DNA of 64,000 bases from an archaeon (lineage in GTDB: Archaea; Nanobdellota; Nanobdellia; Pacearchaeales; GW2011-AR1), in NCBI GenBank assembly GCA_018651605.1, contig JABIDS010000010.1, positions 32,053 to 96,052 on the forward strand. The letters are read 5' to 3'. The position numbers and the translations under genes are program-made. The notes under the pieces are model-generated. The model did not search any database and was not told where the DNA came from. It was given only the letters and a program-made list of their open reading frames with translations. Every line of letters begins with the position of its first letter. Position 1 is the first letter of the stretch. Shown here one piece after another: positions 35,901 through 43,959 of the stretch.

Positions 35901-36897
35901 GGGAGAATCAGGTTATTTAGGTATTGGAACTGATAATCCTAGTGAATTATTACATATTAACGGAACGCAAGAAATGACTATGGATGGAAATTCTATTAAT
36001 TTTTTAAATAATGGAACAGCATTTATAAAAGCAACAGACCCTATTGGTGATTTATATTTAGGTACAGGAGGGGCTTCTAATACAATGATTATGCGTTCAA
36101 CAGGAAATATTATATTTAATGAAGCGAGTTTAGACGCAGATTTTAGAATTGAGGGTGATGATGATGCTTATACTTTTTTTATTAAAGGTTCATCAAATAA
36201 TGTTGGTATTGGAACAAAATTCCCAAGCCAAAAACTAGAAGTTAATGGTTCAGGAAACTTTTCAGGTAATGTTTCAGCAGACTATTTCTGTAATTCAACA
36301 GGAAGTTGTTGGAATACTCAAGGAGGTGCAAGTGGTGGAGATGCAAACTACCAATTCACAAATAATAATTTTAATGGGAGTGGAAATTTTACAACTTCTG
36401 GAAGAATTGGTATTGGGACAGATAGTCCATGGACTTCATTGGACATTAAGACTGATGCAACTGATGCAGTGCATGATGATAGTGATATGATGACAATACC
36501 TGATGCATCAGATGCATTATTTATACACAACGAAAATACTGCAGCCAACTTTGTAGGGTTGATATTAAGAAATCGTGTTGGTGGGGCTTCAGTTTGGGGA
36601 ATTTTTAATGAACACCAAGGCATAGATTATGGAGACTTAGTGTTTAGAGGGCGAAGGTCAGGCGGTTCTAAAGAAGTAATGAGATTAGAAGCTGATACAG
36701 GCAACGTCGGAATCGGAACAACAACCCCAACCCAAAGACTAGAAGTTAATGGAACCATTAATGTTACAGAAGATATCATCGCAAGCGGAGATATTAATGC
36801 AACAGGAAATATAACAACAACAGACACTTTCTGCTTTACTTCAGATTGCTCAGCTAAAATGTATCATAATGGTACTGGAATAATAATCTCTAGTTAA
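32962..36897 (+). CDS. Giant (1311 aa) secreted, sequon-rich repeat protein (fibre/adhesin-like)
   Basis: It has a signal peptide (MKFKIILFLFALIFSLNLVSG) and many N-x-S/T sequons. It has degenerate N-x-A-I-G repeats and eight copies of the motif (N/Y)(V/L)GIGT..P...L.(V/L). A 40-58-aa module occurs three times. Confidence 0.75.
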   Translation: MKFKIILFLFALIFSLNLVSGFLISDQGTNVINLTSGNLTILANLTISIYDNVTGGNLVFEQNFSDGIANGSWNVMIDPTLEYGISYYKDYKINNEDLDFDGNERLEFQSSVGEINNVSFINFSIINSCSAGSSIRLIYENGSVECESDDDSGSLNITNYALKNQSETFTGNITTSQTGFFGWLGSLTSRITKLFAQDINFNGTINGSGNINITGNVTAEYYYGDGSQLSNLPSTAGEGIYNSTSWNRTEGNVTLANPGDYVGIGTTTPNNLLQVEGLINFEPVSYNIGLGISTLAELTTGLRNIAIGSEAGEKLTEGNNNVFVGDKAGEETTTGDNNIAFGRNALTENVDGYRNFAIGDGALSSSATTSDNMGLGLNSLGFLIYGTQNTAIGGSSLRFTAKGDSNVGIGYRAGKGIEGDSNKSDNVFIGHESALDVLSGADENVIIGSSSGAGLTTGASNIFIGYKSGFNQNTSSNTLIIDNQDRGSIINEISKSLIYGTFDADPNNQNLTFNANVGIGTSSPNQKLEVNGSGNFSGNVSADYFCNSTGSCWNTQGGASGGDANYQFTDNNFNGSGDFTTTGEIIIEEDNKKLLLGAGQDASIFYNGSDMIINPQEVGDGDLLLTDGSNTLRNTLTGTRYVYNYDGTQYDFQINGTSHFKVTSATSGISVGDQVEDSFITMGSGNYFTWDADEDRIKTIGDFGISSTFSFTSNTGYPDYFEHIDIEEGDKYLKWNMNNSNYYNWYFDEEEFMRLDSIGNFTIQGNITADYFCNSTGSCWNTQGGASGGDASYQFTDNNFNGSGNFTTLGNVGIGTNTPSDLLSLSALNPTFKIYADGGGEARIWMRSNNANEQSEIKMLSGGLWEFRHLGEDEDIVFSVNDGGVDTESMRIQGDSGNVGIGTDNPSELLHLSADNPVLRLSAETGSSATINLRGNNANENATITMLNDGEWSFKHSGEDEDIVFNVNDGGVDTEIMRIEGESGYLGIGTDNPSELLHINGTQEMTMDGNSINFLNNGTAFIKATDPIGDLYLGTGGASNTMIMRSTGNIIFNEASLDADFRIEGDDDAYTFFIKGSSNNVGIGTKFPSQKLEVNGSGNFSGNVSADYFCNSTGSCWNTQGGASGGDANYQFTNNNFNGSGNFTTSGRIGIGTDSPWTSLDIKTDATDAVHDDSDMMTIPDASDALFIHNENTAANFVGLILRNRVGGASVWGIFNEHQGIDYGDLVFRGRRSGGSKEVMRLEADTGNVGIGTTTPTQRLEVNGTINVTEDIIASGDINATGNITTTDTFCFTSDCSAKMYHNGTGIIISS
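34531..34703 (+). repeat. Intragenic near-identical DNA repeat R1 (173 nt)
   Basis: It encodes PNQKLEVNGSGNFSGNVSADYFCNSTGSCWNTQGGASGGDANYQFTDNNFNGSGDFT and is nearly identical to 36223-36395. Confidence 0.85.
35266..35385 (+). repeat. Intragenic repeat R2 (120 nt, shorter copy)
   Basis: It encodes ADYFCNSTGSCWNTQGGASGGDASYQFTDNNFNGSGNFT and matches the distal part of R1 and R3. Confidence 0.85.
36223..36395 (+). repeat. Intragenic repeat R3 (173 nt)
   Basis: It has the same 173-nt unit as R1, with only a handful of substitutions visible by eye. Confidence 0.85.
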
Positions 36898-36898
36898 A

Positions 36899-39800
36899 AT
36901 GGAATTAGAATTAAATAAAAAAAAATTTATTTTGCTTGTATTGTTGCCGACAGTTATATTTTTTAATCTTTTTCTACCCTTTGTAACAGCTGTAGCAGAA
37001 ATTTGTGAAGGATGCGGTGTATTTATGGGAACTAATGATACTGTCGGAACTGATTTCAATGCTGATGATACTTATTCTGCATTAAAGTGGTCAACTCAAG
37101 ATTATGATGATAATCATCTTACATACTCTGCAGGTAATCCAACCAGAATCGAAGTTGACACCACTGGTGATTATTTTATAGCATTAAATTTGCCACTTAT
37201 TGATTTATCTTATTCTGGTTCAAATGATCAGAGAGCAGCTATTGAAGCTGCTGTTTATGTCGATGGAACAATAGTTCCTGTTGGAACAGGACGAGGTTCT
37301 TATATGAGGGGTACTGACGGAAGTTATGATCATTTTCAAACAGGATCTAATCTTAATGTTTTAGTTCCAGATGTTAGTGCTGGAAGTTATATTGAAATAT
37401 ATGTTAGAGGAGTAGCAGAAACAAATGAAGCAATTGGAGCAAATGATATGTTTGCATTATATGTTGAATATATACAACCAGAAGAAGAAATTTTCTTTGC
37501 AACAGGTACAACTTCAACAGCTCCCTCATCTAATACTGACCTGAATCAAGATGCTACTTGGGCATATGATATGGAATGGACAGAGTATAGGAAAGATAGT
37601 ACTTTTACCCACGATGATGTTACAGATTCCAATGTTATTACCTTAGCTGATATTGGTTATTATTATGTTACTGTAAATATTCCACAAGGAGCAGCAGCAA
37701 CTAGAAGTAATGTTGGAGGCAGAGTTGAATTAGATGACACTATTGTTGATGGCGGAACATTTATGCAAGGTTATATTCGTAATACTGATTCTCCAGCACA
37801 TCAAGATAGTAGTGTACATTGGGCAGGTTTAGTAGAAACAACTAGTACTAACCAGGATTTAACTATTGGAATAAATCGAATGACTTCAACTACAACCACC
37901 ATTACAACCGACGGTTTAAACGCTACTGTTTATGTTAAAAAAATAGCAAATGGAAATACAGGACTTTTTCATTCCATTACTACAAATGTAACAGGAGCTG
38001 CTCCTGATGACTGGAATCCTGCAACTACTCAATATGCCATATGGTCTACTGATAATGAGAAAGACACTGATTATTATACTCATACAAATGGAGAGGAAAA
38101 CATAACAGTATTACAAGAGGGTTATTATTTGATAAGTTTTAATAGTCCGCAAACAGTTCCTTCTGGTTTAAGGTCACACCCTCAATATGATATTAGAGTT
38201 AATGGAGCAACTATTGATGCTGGAAGAACTGGTTCATCTTATATGAGAGATTCAGGTGGTCATGACGAATCAACTACTATGATAACCTACTTTGCTAATC
38301 TTTCTGCAGGAGATAATGTTTCAATTAGTGTGGTTGAAGGAGACTCAACTTTAGGAAGCACAGTTTCTGATGCTGACGAAGGAGTTATCTTAATAGAATA
38401 TAAAGAAAAGGGCTCCAATGTAGAATGGAGTATTCCCACCTTAGATATGGGTGCAAAACTTCAAGCAAATGGGAATATTACAGGTTATGTAAATGTTACT
38501 GCTTCAGGAGATCAGAATGAGGTGAATGTTACTTGCGAGTCAGGAAACTGCACAGAAATAACATCTAATTGGACAAATGGAATTGATATGACTAATGGAC
38601 AAATAATTTTAACAGAATTCACATGTTCAAATTCAACAATAGGAAGCCTATCTGCTTATTTCAATATTACTTCTTTAAATGATACTGAACCAAATCAAAT
38701 TAATGGTTTATGTATTATAAGTAATCAACAAACTGTTATCTGGAATCAAACAAGCTTTGATTTAGGGAATGTTTATGATGGAATGGAAACAAATTCAAAT
38801 GCAAGTTTTGATGTTGCTGGCACTAATGAAGATATAACTATTAATGAATTAGAAGGAGATGGAATTAGTTTTATGTCAACAATACCTACTTATGTCGGAA
38901 CTTTGGCAGGAGGCTCTAATCAAGAAGTATTGTTCAATTGCTCTCCTCCTGCAGGACAATCTCCCGGAGAGTATCAAGTTATTTATAATGTTAATTCAAC
39001 AGAAGATTCTGTTGGAAGCAATATAACTATCAATTGCACTATTGCTGCTTCTACTGCTGTCTGGGATTTAGCAACATTGGATTTAGGAAATGTTTATTCA
39101 GGAAATAGTGTTAATTTAGATGAAGGAATAATCTCCACAGGTTTTAATGTTGATGTTGCTGTAAGTGAGTTAGGTGGAGATGGTATTAGTTTTATGTCCG
39201 CAAATACTTCAAGCATTGGAAATATGACTGATGGTTCTTCTTATGAAGTTAAATTTACTTGTTCGCCTCCTGAAGACCAGGCTGCTGGAAGTTATAATGC
39301 AATTTATAATGTCAACACAACGCATAATGCAACAGGCAGGAATATAACTGTAAGTTGCGATGTTTTAGCTGCTTTAATAGAATGGAATCAGAGTTCTTTG
39401 GATGTAGGTTATGGAAATTTGAATGAAGGGAATTTCAGTACAATTATTAAAATAAACTCAACTGGAATAAGCAATAACACAGAAGTAAATTGCGTTTCAG
39501 GAGATTGTTCTGTAATATCACAAAATTACGCAAATGGTGTTAATTTCAGCGACGGAGATTTTGAAGTAATAAACTTTACTTGCGATGATGCAGTTGTTGG
39601 AAGTTATTCTGCAAACTTTAAAGTTAATTCCACACAAAATGCAGCAGGAGATACAGCAACTATAACTTGTAAAATCTATCAAACATATAGTTTATTAAAT
39701 ATTTCTTTACTAGCACCGAATATATCTGAAATAACAAATGTAACTCAGGATCAAACTTTTTGGGTCAATGCAACAGTGAATTGTGTTGGAACAGTTGGAT

Positions 39801-41386
39801 CTTTTTGCGGAAATATTTCAGGAGTTGTGAGAGACAATTCCACAAATCCATTTGGAGATGGGTCTGAGGGAGAATTAAATGTAACATATTTTGATACAGT
39901 GATTAATAATTATACTTATTTAACTATTAATGCAAGTATTGGGACTTCTAATATCAATATTAGTAATGCTTCTGAATTCTCTCCAGGAGATGAAATTTTA
40001 ATTATACAAATTCAAAATTATTCTGGAGGAATGGCAGGAACTTATGAATTTGTGACAATTTCGTCTATTGATGGGCAAAATATTACATTAAATAGGGTTC
40101 TTGAAAACAATTATTATACAGGAGTATTTAATCAGACAAATGCAACAGTTAGCCAAATTGTAAAAATTCCCCACTATACAGATGTTAATATTAATGGTTC
40201 TATTGTTGCTCCTGCTTGGAATGGTTATATTGGAGGAATTGTTGCATTTAAGGCTAATGGAAGTATTAATTTCACAGGTGGAAGTGTCAATGTCAGTGAG
40301 AGAGGTTATAGGGGAGGAGATTGTAATGGTGGAGGGAATAGTGCTTGGGGAGATCAAGGAGAAGGTTTTCTCGGATTAGGAATAGGAACTTTGGATGCTA
40401 ATGCTAATGGTGGTGGTGGAGGTTATGGTCCAAGCGGATATAATGGTGAGCCTGGTGCAGGAGGAGGGCATGGAACTGCTGGAGGAATTGGCGACTCTAC
40501 TGATGGTTATCCCTCTGATGGAGGGTCTGTAGCTGGAACTGAAAATTTAAATTTAATATTTTTTGGAGGTGGAGCAGGTGGAGGAGGAGATAATGATGGT
40601 TGCAATCCCTTTCCAGAATATGTTGATGGCGGAGGAATTGCTATTGTGATTGGAAATAAAATAATAAATGCAACAATAAATGTAGATGGAGAAAAAGGAA
40701 TAGGTAATATTAGTTGCGGAGGTTCAGGAGGTTCAGGAGGAGGAGCAGGTGGAACAGTATGGTTAAGAGCTTTAAATATTACTATAAACAATGTGAGTGC
40801 ATTGGGAAAATTGGGAGGAGTAGCTTCTGACGATACAGGAGGAGCAGGAGGAGATGGAAGAATAAGATTGGATTTTATTACATTTACTGGAAATTCCCCA
40901 GACCCTGTTTCAGGTTATAACGGAACATTGGAAAATATGTATCAAATTAATGAATCCTCTGGAAATCCTTTTTATTCAATTAGTAGTCAATCGCAAGATT
41001 GCGGTTATATGGATTCATCTTCTTCTACATGTCAATTAAATTGGAGTGTAAATGCAACCGGAAATTCAAACTCCTTATGGGAATTTGATGTTTTGTTCTT
41101 TTCAAATATAAGTCAAGTTAATTCAAATAATACAAATAATTCTATTGTTAGAATCTTAGCAGGAGCAGCAATAGACACTTGCACACCTACAGCTGGAAAC
41201 TGGGAAATTGATTGTTCTGATAATTGTGTTAAAAATACTGATTTTACTGTTCCAGATAATATCACTATGACTGGCTCAGGAACACTAACCTTGAATGCCA
41301 ATATGACTTTTACTAAAGCACATTGGAAAATTTATAAAGAAGATAATTGCGAAATAATAATTAATCCTGGAGGAAGTATAAAATGA
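36899..41386 (+). CDS. Giant (1495 aa) secreted modular protein with Gly-rich beta-helix-like region
   Basis: It has an N-terminal hydrophobic signal/anchor. Three N-terminal modules of about 160 aa follow (...YY.T.N.P...SYMR...), then at least four CARDB-like modules ending F(N/T)CSPP..Q..G.Y..IYNVN(S/T)T...G.NIT(I/V).C. A GGxGG-rich segment lies near the C-terminus. The gene starts 1 nt after the upstream stop. Confidence 0.75.
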   Translation: MELELNKKKFILLVLLPTVIFFNLFLPFVTAVAEICEGCGVFMGTNDTVGTDFNADDTYSALKWSTQDYDDNHLTYSAGNPTRIEVDTTGDYFIALNLPLIDLSYSGSNDQRAAIEAAVYVDGTIVPVGTGRGSYMRGTDGSYDHFQTGSNLNVLVPDVSAGSYIEIYVRGVAETNEAIGANDMFALYVEYIQPEEEIFFATGTTSTAPSSNTDLNQDATWAYDMEWTEYRKDSTFTHDDVTDSNVITLADIGYYYVTVNIPQGAAATRSNVGGRVELDDTIVDGGTFMQGYIRNTDSPAHQDSSVHWAGLVETTSTNQDLTIGINRMTSTTTTITTDGLNATVYVKKIANGNTGLFHSITTNVTGAAPDDWNPATTQYAIWSTDNEKDTDYYTHTNGEENITVLQEGYYLISFNSPQTVPSGLRSHPQYDIRVNGATIDAGRTGSSYMRDSGGHDESTTMITYFANLSAGDNVSISVVEGDSTLGSTVSDADEGVILIEYKEKGSNVEWSIPTLDMGAKLQANGNITGYVNVTASGDQNEVNVTCESGNCTEITSNWTNGIDMTNGQIILTEFTCSNSTIGSLSAYFNITSLNDTEPNQINGLCIISNQQTVIWNQTSFDLGNVYDGMETNSNASFDVAGTNEDITINELEGDGISFMSTIPTYVGTLAGGSNQEVLFNCSPPAGQSPGEYQVIYNVNSTEDSVGSNITINCTIAASTAVWDLATLDLGNVYSGNSVNLDEGIISTGFNVDVAVSELGGDGISFMSANTSSIGNMTDGSSYEVKFTCSPPEDQAAGSYNAIYNVNTTHNATGRNITVSCDVLAALIEWNQSSLDVGYGNLNEGNFSTIIKINSTGISNNTEVNCVSGDCSVISQNYANGVNFSDGDFEVINFTCDDAVVGSYSANFKVNSTQNAAGDTATITCKIYQTYSLLNISLLAPNISEITNVTQDQTFWVNATVNCVGTVGSFCGNISGVVRDNSTNPFGDGSEGELNVTYFDTVINNYTYLTINASIGTSNINISNASEFSPGDEILIIQIQNYSGGMAGTYEFVTISSIDGQNITLNRVLENNYYTGVFNQTNATVSQIVKIPHYTDVNINGSIVAPAWNGYIGGIVAFKANGSINFTGGSVNVSERGYRGGDCNGGGNSAWGDQGEGFLGLGIGTLDANANGGGGGYGPSGYNGEPGAGGGHGTAGGIGDSTDGYPSDGGSVAGTENLNLIFFGGGAGGGGDNDGCNPFPEYVDGGGIAIVIGNKIINATINVDGEKGIGNISCGGSGGSGGGAGGTVWLRALNITINNVSALGKLGGVASDDTGGAGGDGRIRLDFITFTGNSPDPVSGYNGTLENMYQINESSGNPFYSISSQSQDCGYMDSSSSTCQLNWSVNATGNSNSLWEFDVLFFSNISQVNSNNTNNSIVRILAGAAIDTCTPTAGNWEIDCSDNCVKNTDFTVPDNITMTGSGTLTLNANMTFTKAHWKIYKEDNCEIIINPGGSIK

Positions 41387-43059
41387 AACAATTAAAAAAA
41401 ACCCAAGTTTTATTTATCTTAATTTTATTTATCACAATTCTCTTTATTCAAAATATATCTGCACTAACTGCAAATTCTTCATCATATTCAGTAAGCATGT
41501 TTGGAACAGGAATGGCAACAGCAACACCTTCTTCAACAAATTATAATCCCACTACATTAACAGAAGCCAAAGGAACAACAAGAAATGCAGAAGGCATAAC
41601 CTATACAGGAAATATCGGATTTTTCAGCAACACCTCTTACCATAAAACAGTGAGTATAACTTCTTACACAATTTATCCAACTTCTGCTGTCCAAGGTTCA
41701 ATAATAAGATTATCAATTTCTGCATTAAATGCTCAATCAACTTGGGCAGTATTAACACTTCCAAATAGCACAGAAAAAACTATTTCCTTAACTAACAATG
41801 GGGACTCATATTATACTGGAAATGATGTTGGAACTTATACTGTAACCTTTTATGCTAATAGTTCATCAGGAAGTCTTGCATCAGCAATAGACACATTTGA
41901 AATAACCTCTCCAACATCAACTACAACCCCTTCTTCTGGAGGAGGAGGTGGCTCAACCACAATAATAGAAAAATGCACTTATGTCTGGGATTGTAGTTCA
42001 TGGAGTATTTGTTCAGATAAATATCAAATAAGAGAATGTAAAAATACAGGAAACTGCAAAGGAATAGAAGGAAAACCAATAGAAAAGAGAATTTGTTCAG
42101 ATGCTTTATTTGATGTAACTATAAAATTTACTGATTTAATAATTACTAAAGAAGATACCTTAGAGTTTAATGTTAATCTAATAGAACAAGAAGGAATAGA
42201 GAAGGTTGATGTTCAGATAAAATACACAATTATAGATAGTAAAGATAATGAAATTTTTAGTCAAATAGAAACAAAGGCAATACAAGAAGAATTAAATTAT
42301 GATAAAGAAATAAAAGAACTTAAATTAGTAGATGGAGAATATATTTTGAGAGTAGACATTCTTTATGGGAATCTTCAAAGGGCATTTGCTGAGCAAAAAT
42401 TTAAAATAAAAAAAGGAGAGCTAGGAACCACCTCAATAGGAGAATTTACAGATAAGTTATTAATAATCCTTGCAAGTTTAATAATCTTATTAATTTTAAT
42501 TATCTTTATCTTATTAAAAAAGAGAAAGAAAGAAGAAAGAAAGCCAAAAACTCATAAGGAATATAAAAATAAAATTAAACAAAACTTGAAAAAGATTAAA
42601 TCTAAAAACACCCTAATTGTCCTTGCAGGTTTTATGTTAATAGGAATTTTATCTATTAGAAAAAATAACATAACAGGATTTATTATAAGAAATACAAATA
42701 TGATTGAAAATAATTTGAATATTTTTTGGATTAGTTTAATATTAGGAGTATCAGGAGTTTTAGTTTTTACTTATAGGAAAAATATTATAGAAAAGATTAA
42801 AACTAAAATGATGAATAAATTTCCAAAAAATAGCCTTAAAGGATTAATAAAAAAGAAGGTTTACCTTGAAGAAGGAAATCTTATTGGAAAAGTTGATGAA
42901 GTTTTTTTGAGTGAAAACAAGATAGATAGTTTAAAGATTAAATTAAATAAGAAACAGAAATACAAGGTTAAAGGAATTATTGTTAAATATAGTTATGTAA
43001 AAAATATAGGACATATTGTTATTATAGATGAAAGAATTTTAGAAAAGTTAAATATATAA
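41383..43059 (+). CDS. Secreted/TM protein with Cys-rich WSxW-like motif and C-terminal PRC-barrel-like domain
   Basis: It has a signal peptide, an Ig-like region, an S/T/G linker, the motif CTYVWDCSSWSICSDKYQIRECKNTGNC and two TM segments. The C-terminus is GKVDEVFLSENKIDSLKIKL...GHIVIIDERI. The start overlaps the upstream stop (ATGA). Confidence 0.6.
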   Translation: MKQLKKTQVLFILILFITILFIQNISALTANSSSYSVSMFGTGMATATPSSTNYNPTTLTEAKGTTRNAEGITYTGNIGFFSNTSYHKTVSITSYTIYPTSAVQGSIIRLSISALNAQSTWAVLTLPNSTEKTISLTNNGDSYYTGNDVGTYTVTFYANSSSGSLASAIDTFEITSPTSTTTPSSGGGGGSTTIIEKCTYVWDCSSWSICSDKYQIRECKNTGNCKGIEGKPIEKRICSDALFDVTIKFTDLIITKEDTLEFNVNLIEQEGIEKVDVQIKYTIIDSKDNEIFSQIETKAIQEELNYDKEIKELKLVDGEYILRVDILYGNLQRAFAEQKFKIKKGELGTTSIGEFTDKLLIILASLIILLILIIFILLKKRKKEERKPKTHKEYKNKIKQNLKKIKSKNTLIVLAGFMLIGILSIRKNNITGFIIRNTNMIENNLNIFWISLILGVSGVLVFTYRKNIIEKIKTKMMNKFPKNSLKGLIKKKVYLEEGNLIGKVDEVFLSENKIDSLKIKLNKKQKYKVKGIIVKYSYVKNIGHIVIIDERILEKLNI

Positions 43060-43348
43060 ATAAAAGATCCCTAATAAAAATATCTAAAGGAGGCTGAAAA
43101 TCGAAACAAAAAAAGAATTATTAACTAGCTCAAAATTAAAGATTTTGAAAAAAGAATTTGAAAGAATTCAAAAAGCTGGAAAGTATTTAGAAGGAGAAAG
43201 AAAGAAATTAATAAGAGAAAAAGAAAAGATTAGAGCTAAAATAAGAAAAGAAAAAGAAATTCTTAGATTAAAGAAAAAGATTAAAAATATAAAAAGTAAA
43301 AAATTCTAAACAAAAACATTTAAATATTGTTATATCCATTGATATAAC

Positions 43349-43624
43349 ATGGAAATAAAACAAATATTAAGATATCCAAGACTCGACACAGTATTAATGG
43401 TAGAGAAAGCCATAAAAGATTTTGATGGAGAATTCAAAAAAAGAGCATTATGGGAAAATCTTCCAAAGAAAATGATGTATCAAACTTTTTGTGTTGTTAT
43501 AGATTATTTACTTTACTCAAGAAAAATCTCTGTAGATTCTGAAGGCAAGATTGGCTGGATATTTTATCCTGAAAATAAAAACGAACATATAAAAAACAAA
43601 AAACTTTTTTGGAATCTAAGATGA
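43349..43624 (+). CDS. Hypothetical small protein, possible antitoxin partner
   Basis: The 91-aa ORF overlaps the downstream RelE-like ORF by 16 nt. There is no diagnostic motif. Confidence 0.35.
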   Translation: MEIKQILRYPRLDTVLMVEKAIKDFDGEFKKRALWENLPKKMMYQTFCVVIDYLLYSRKISVDSEGKIGWIFYPENKNEHIKNKKLFWNLR

Positions 43625-43956
43625 AATTACCTTCAAAAGTAAGATTTAGAGATAATAAAATACAAAAAGCATTTGAAGAATTATTAAAATCTCATTCAGA
43701 TGAAAAGAAAATATATAATTGGTTGGTAAGGGCATTCAAAGATATAGAAGAAAATGCTTTCTGTGGGATTCAAATCCCTAAGAGATTAATTCCAAAACAT
43801 TATATAAATAAGTGCAAAATAAATAATCTTTGGAAATACAATTTACCAAATGCTTGGAGATTGTTATATTCTGTAGAGAATCAAGAAATATTTGTGGTCT
43901 CAATTATCCTCGATTGGATGGACCATAAAACTTATGAAAGAACTTTTAATTATTAA
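43609..43956 (+). CDS. RelE/ParE-superfamily toxin-like protein
   Basis: The C-terminal pattern LWKYNLPNAWRLLYSVENQEIFVVSIILDWMDHKTYERTF resembles the RelE-fold consensus (..yRl.Y.v.....i.v..i..H..Y). The two-gene overlapping layout also fits. Confidence 0.5.
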   Translation: MESKMKLPSKVRFRDNKIQKAFEELLKSHSDEKKIYNWLVRAFKDIEENAFCGIQIPKRLIPKHYINKCKINNLWKYNLPNAWRLLYSVENQEIFVVSIILDWMDHKTYERTFNY

Positions 43957-43959
43957 CTT

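Noticed and set aside
38941-38960. A third CCTGCAGG octamer (SPPAGQSP) in the 1495-aa gene, considered as a possible fifth copy of the ribosomal-protein module.
   Set aside because: Only the octamer matches. The flanking GVP..GK part and the palindrome arms are absent, so this is probably a chance occurrence.
40507-40791. A Pro-rich 94-aa minus-strand ORF.
   Set aside because: It is the antisense reading of the Gly-rich (GGN) tract, which gives CCN codons. It is not an independent gene.
43088-43309. A K/E-rich coiled-coil-like open frame (LKIETKKELL...KKKIKNIKSKKF) after an AGGAGG string.
   Set aside because: The frame contains no ATG or GTG, and the only possible starts are CTG or TTG. Its composition equals generic A-rich intergenic DNA. 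It might be real, but it is not supportable.
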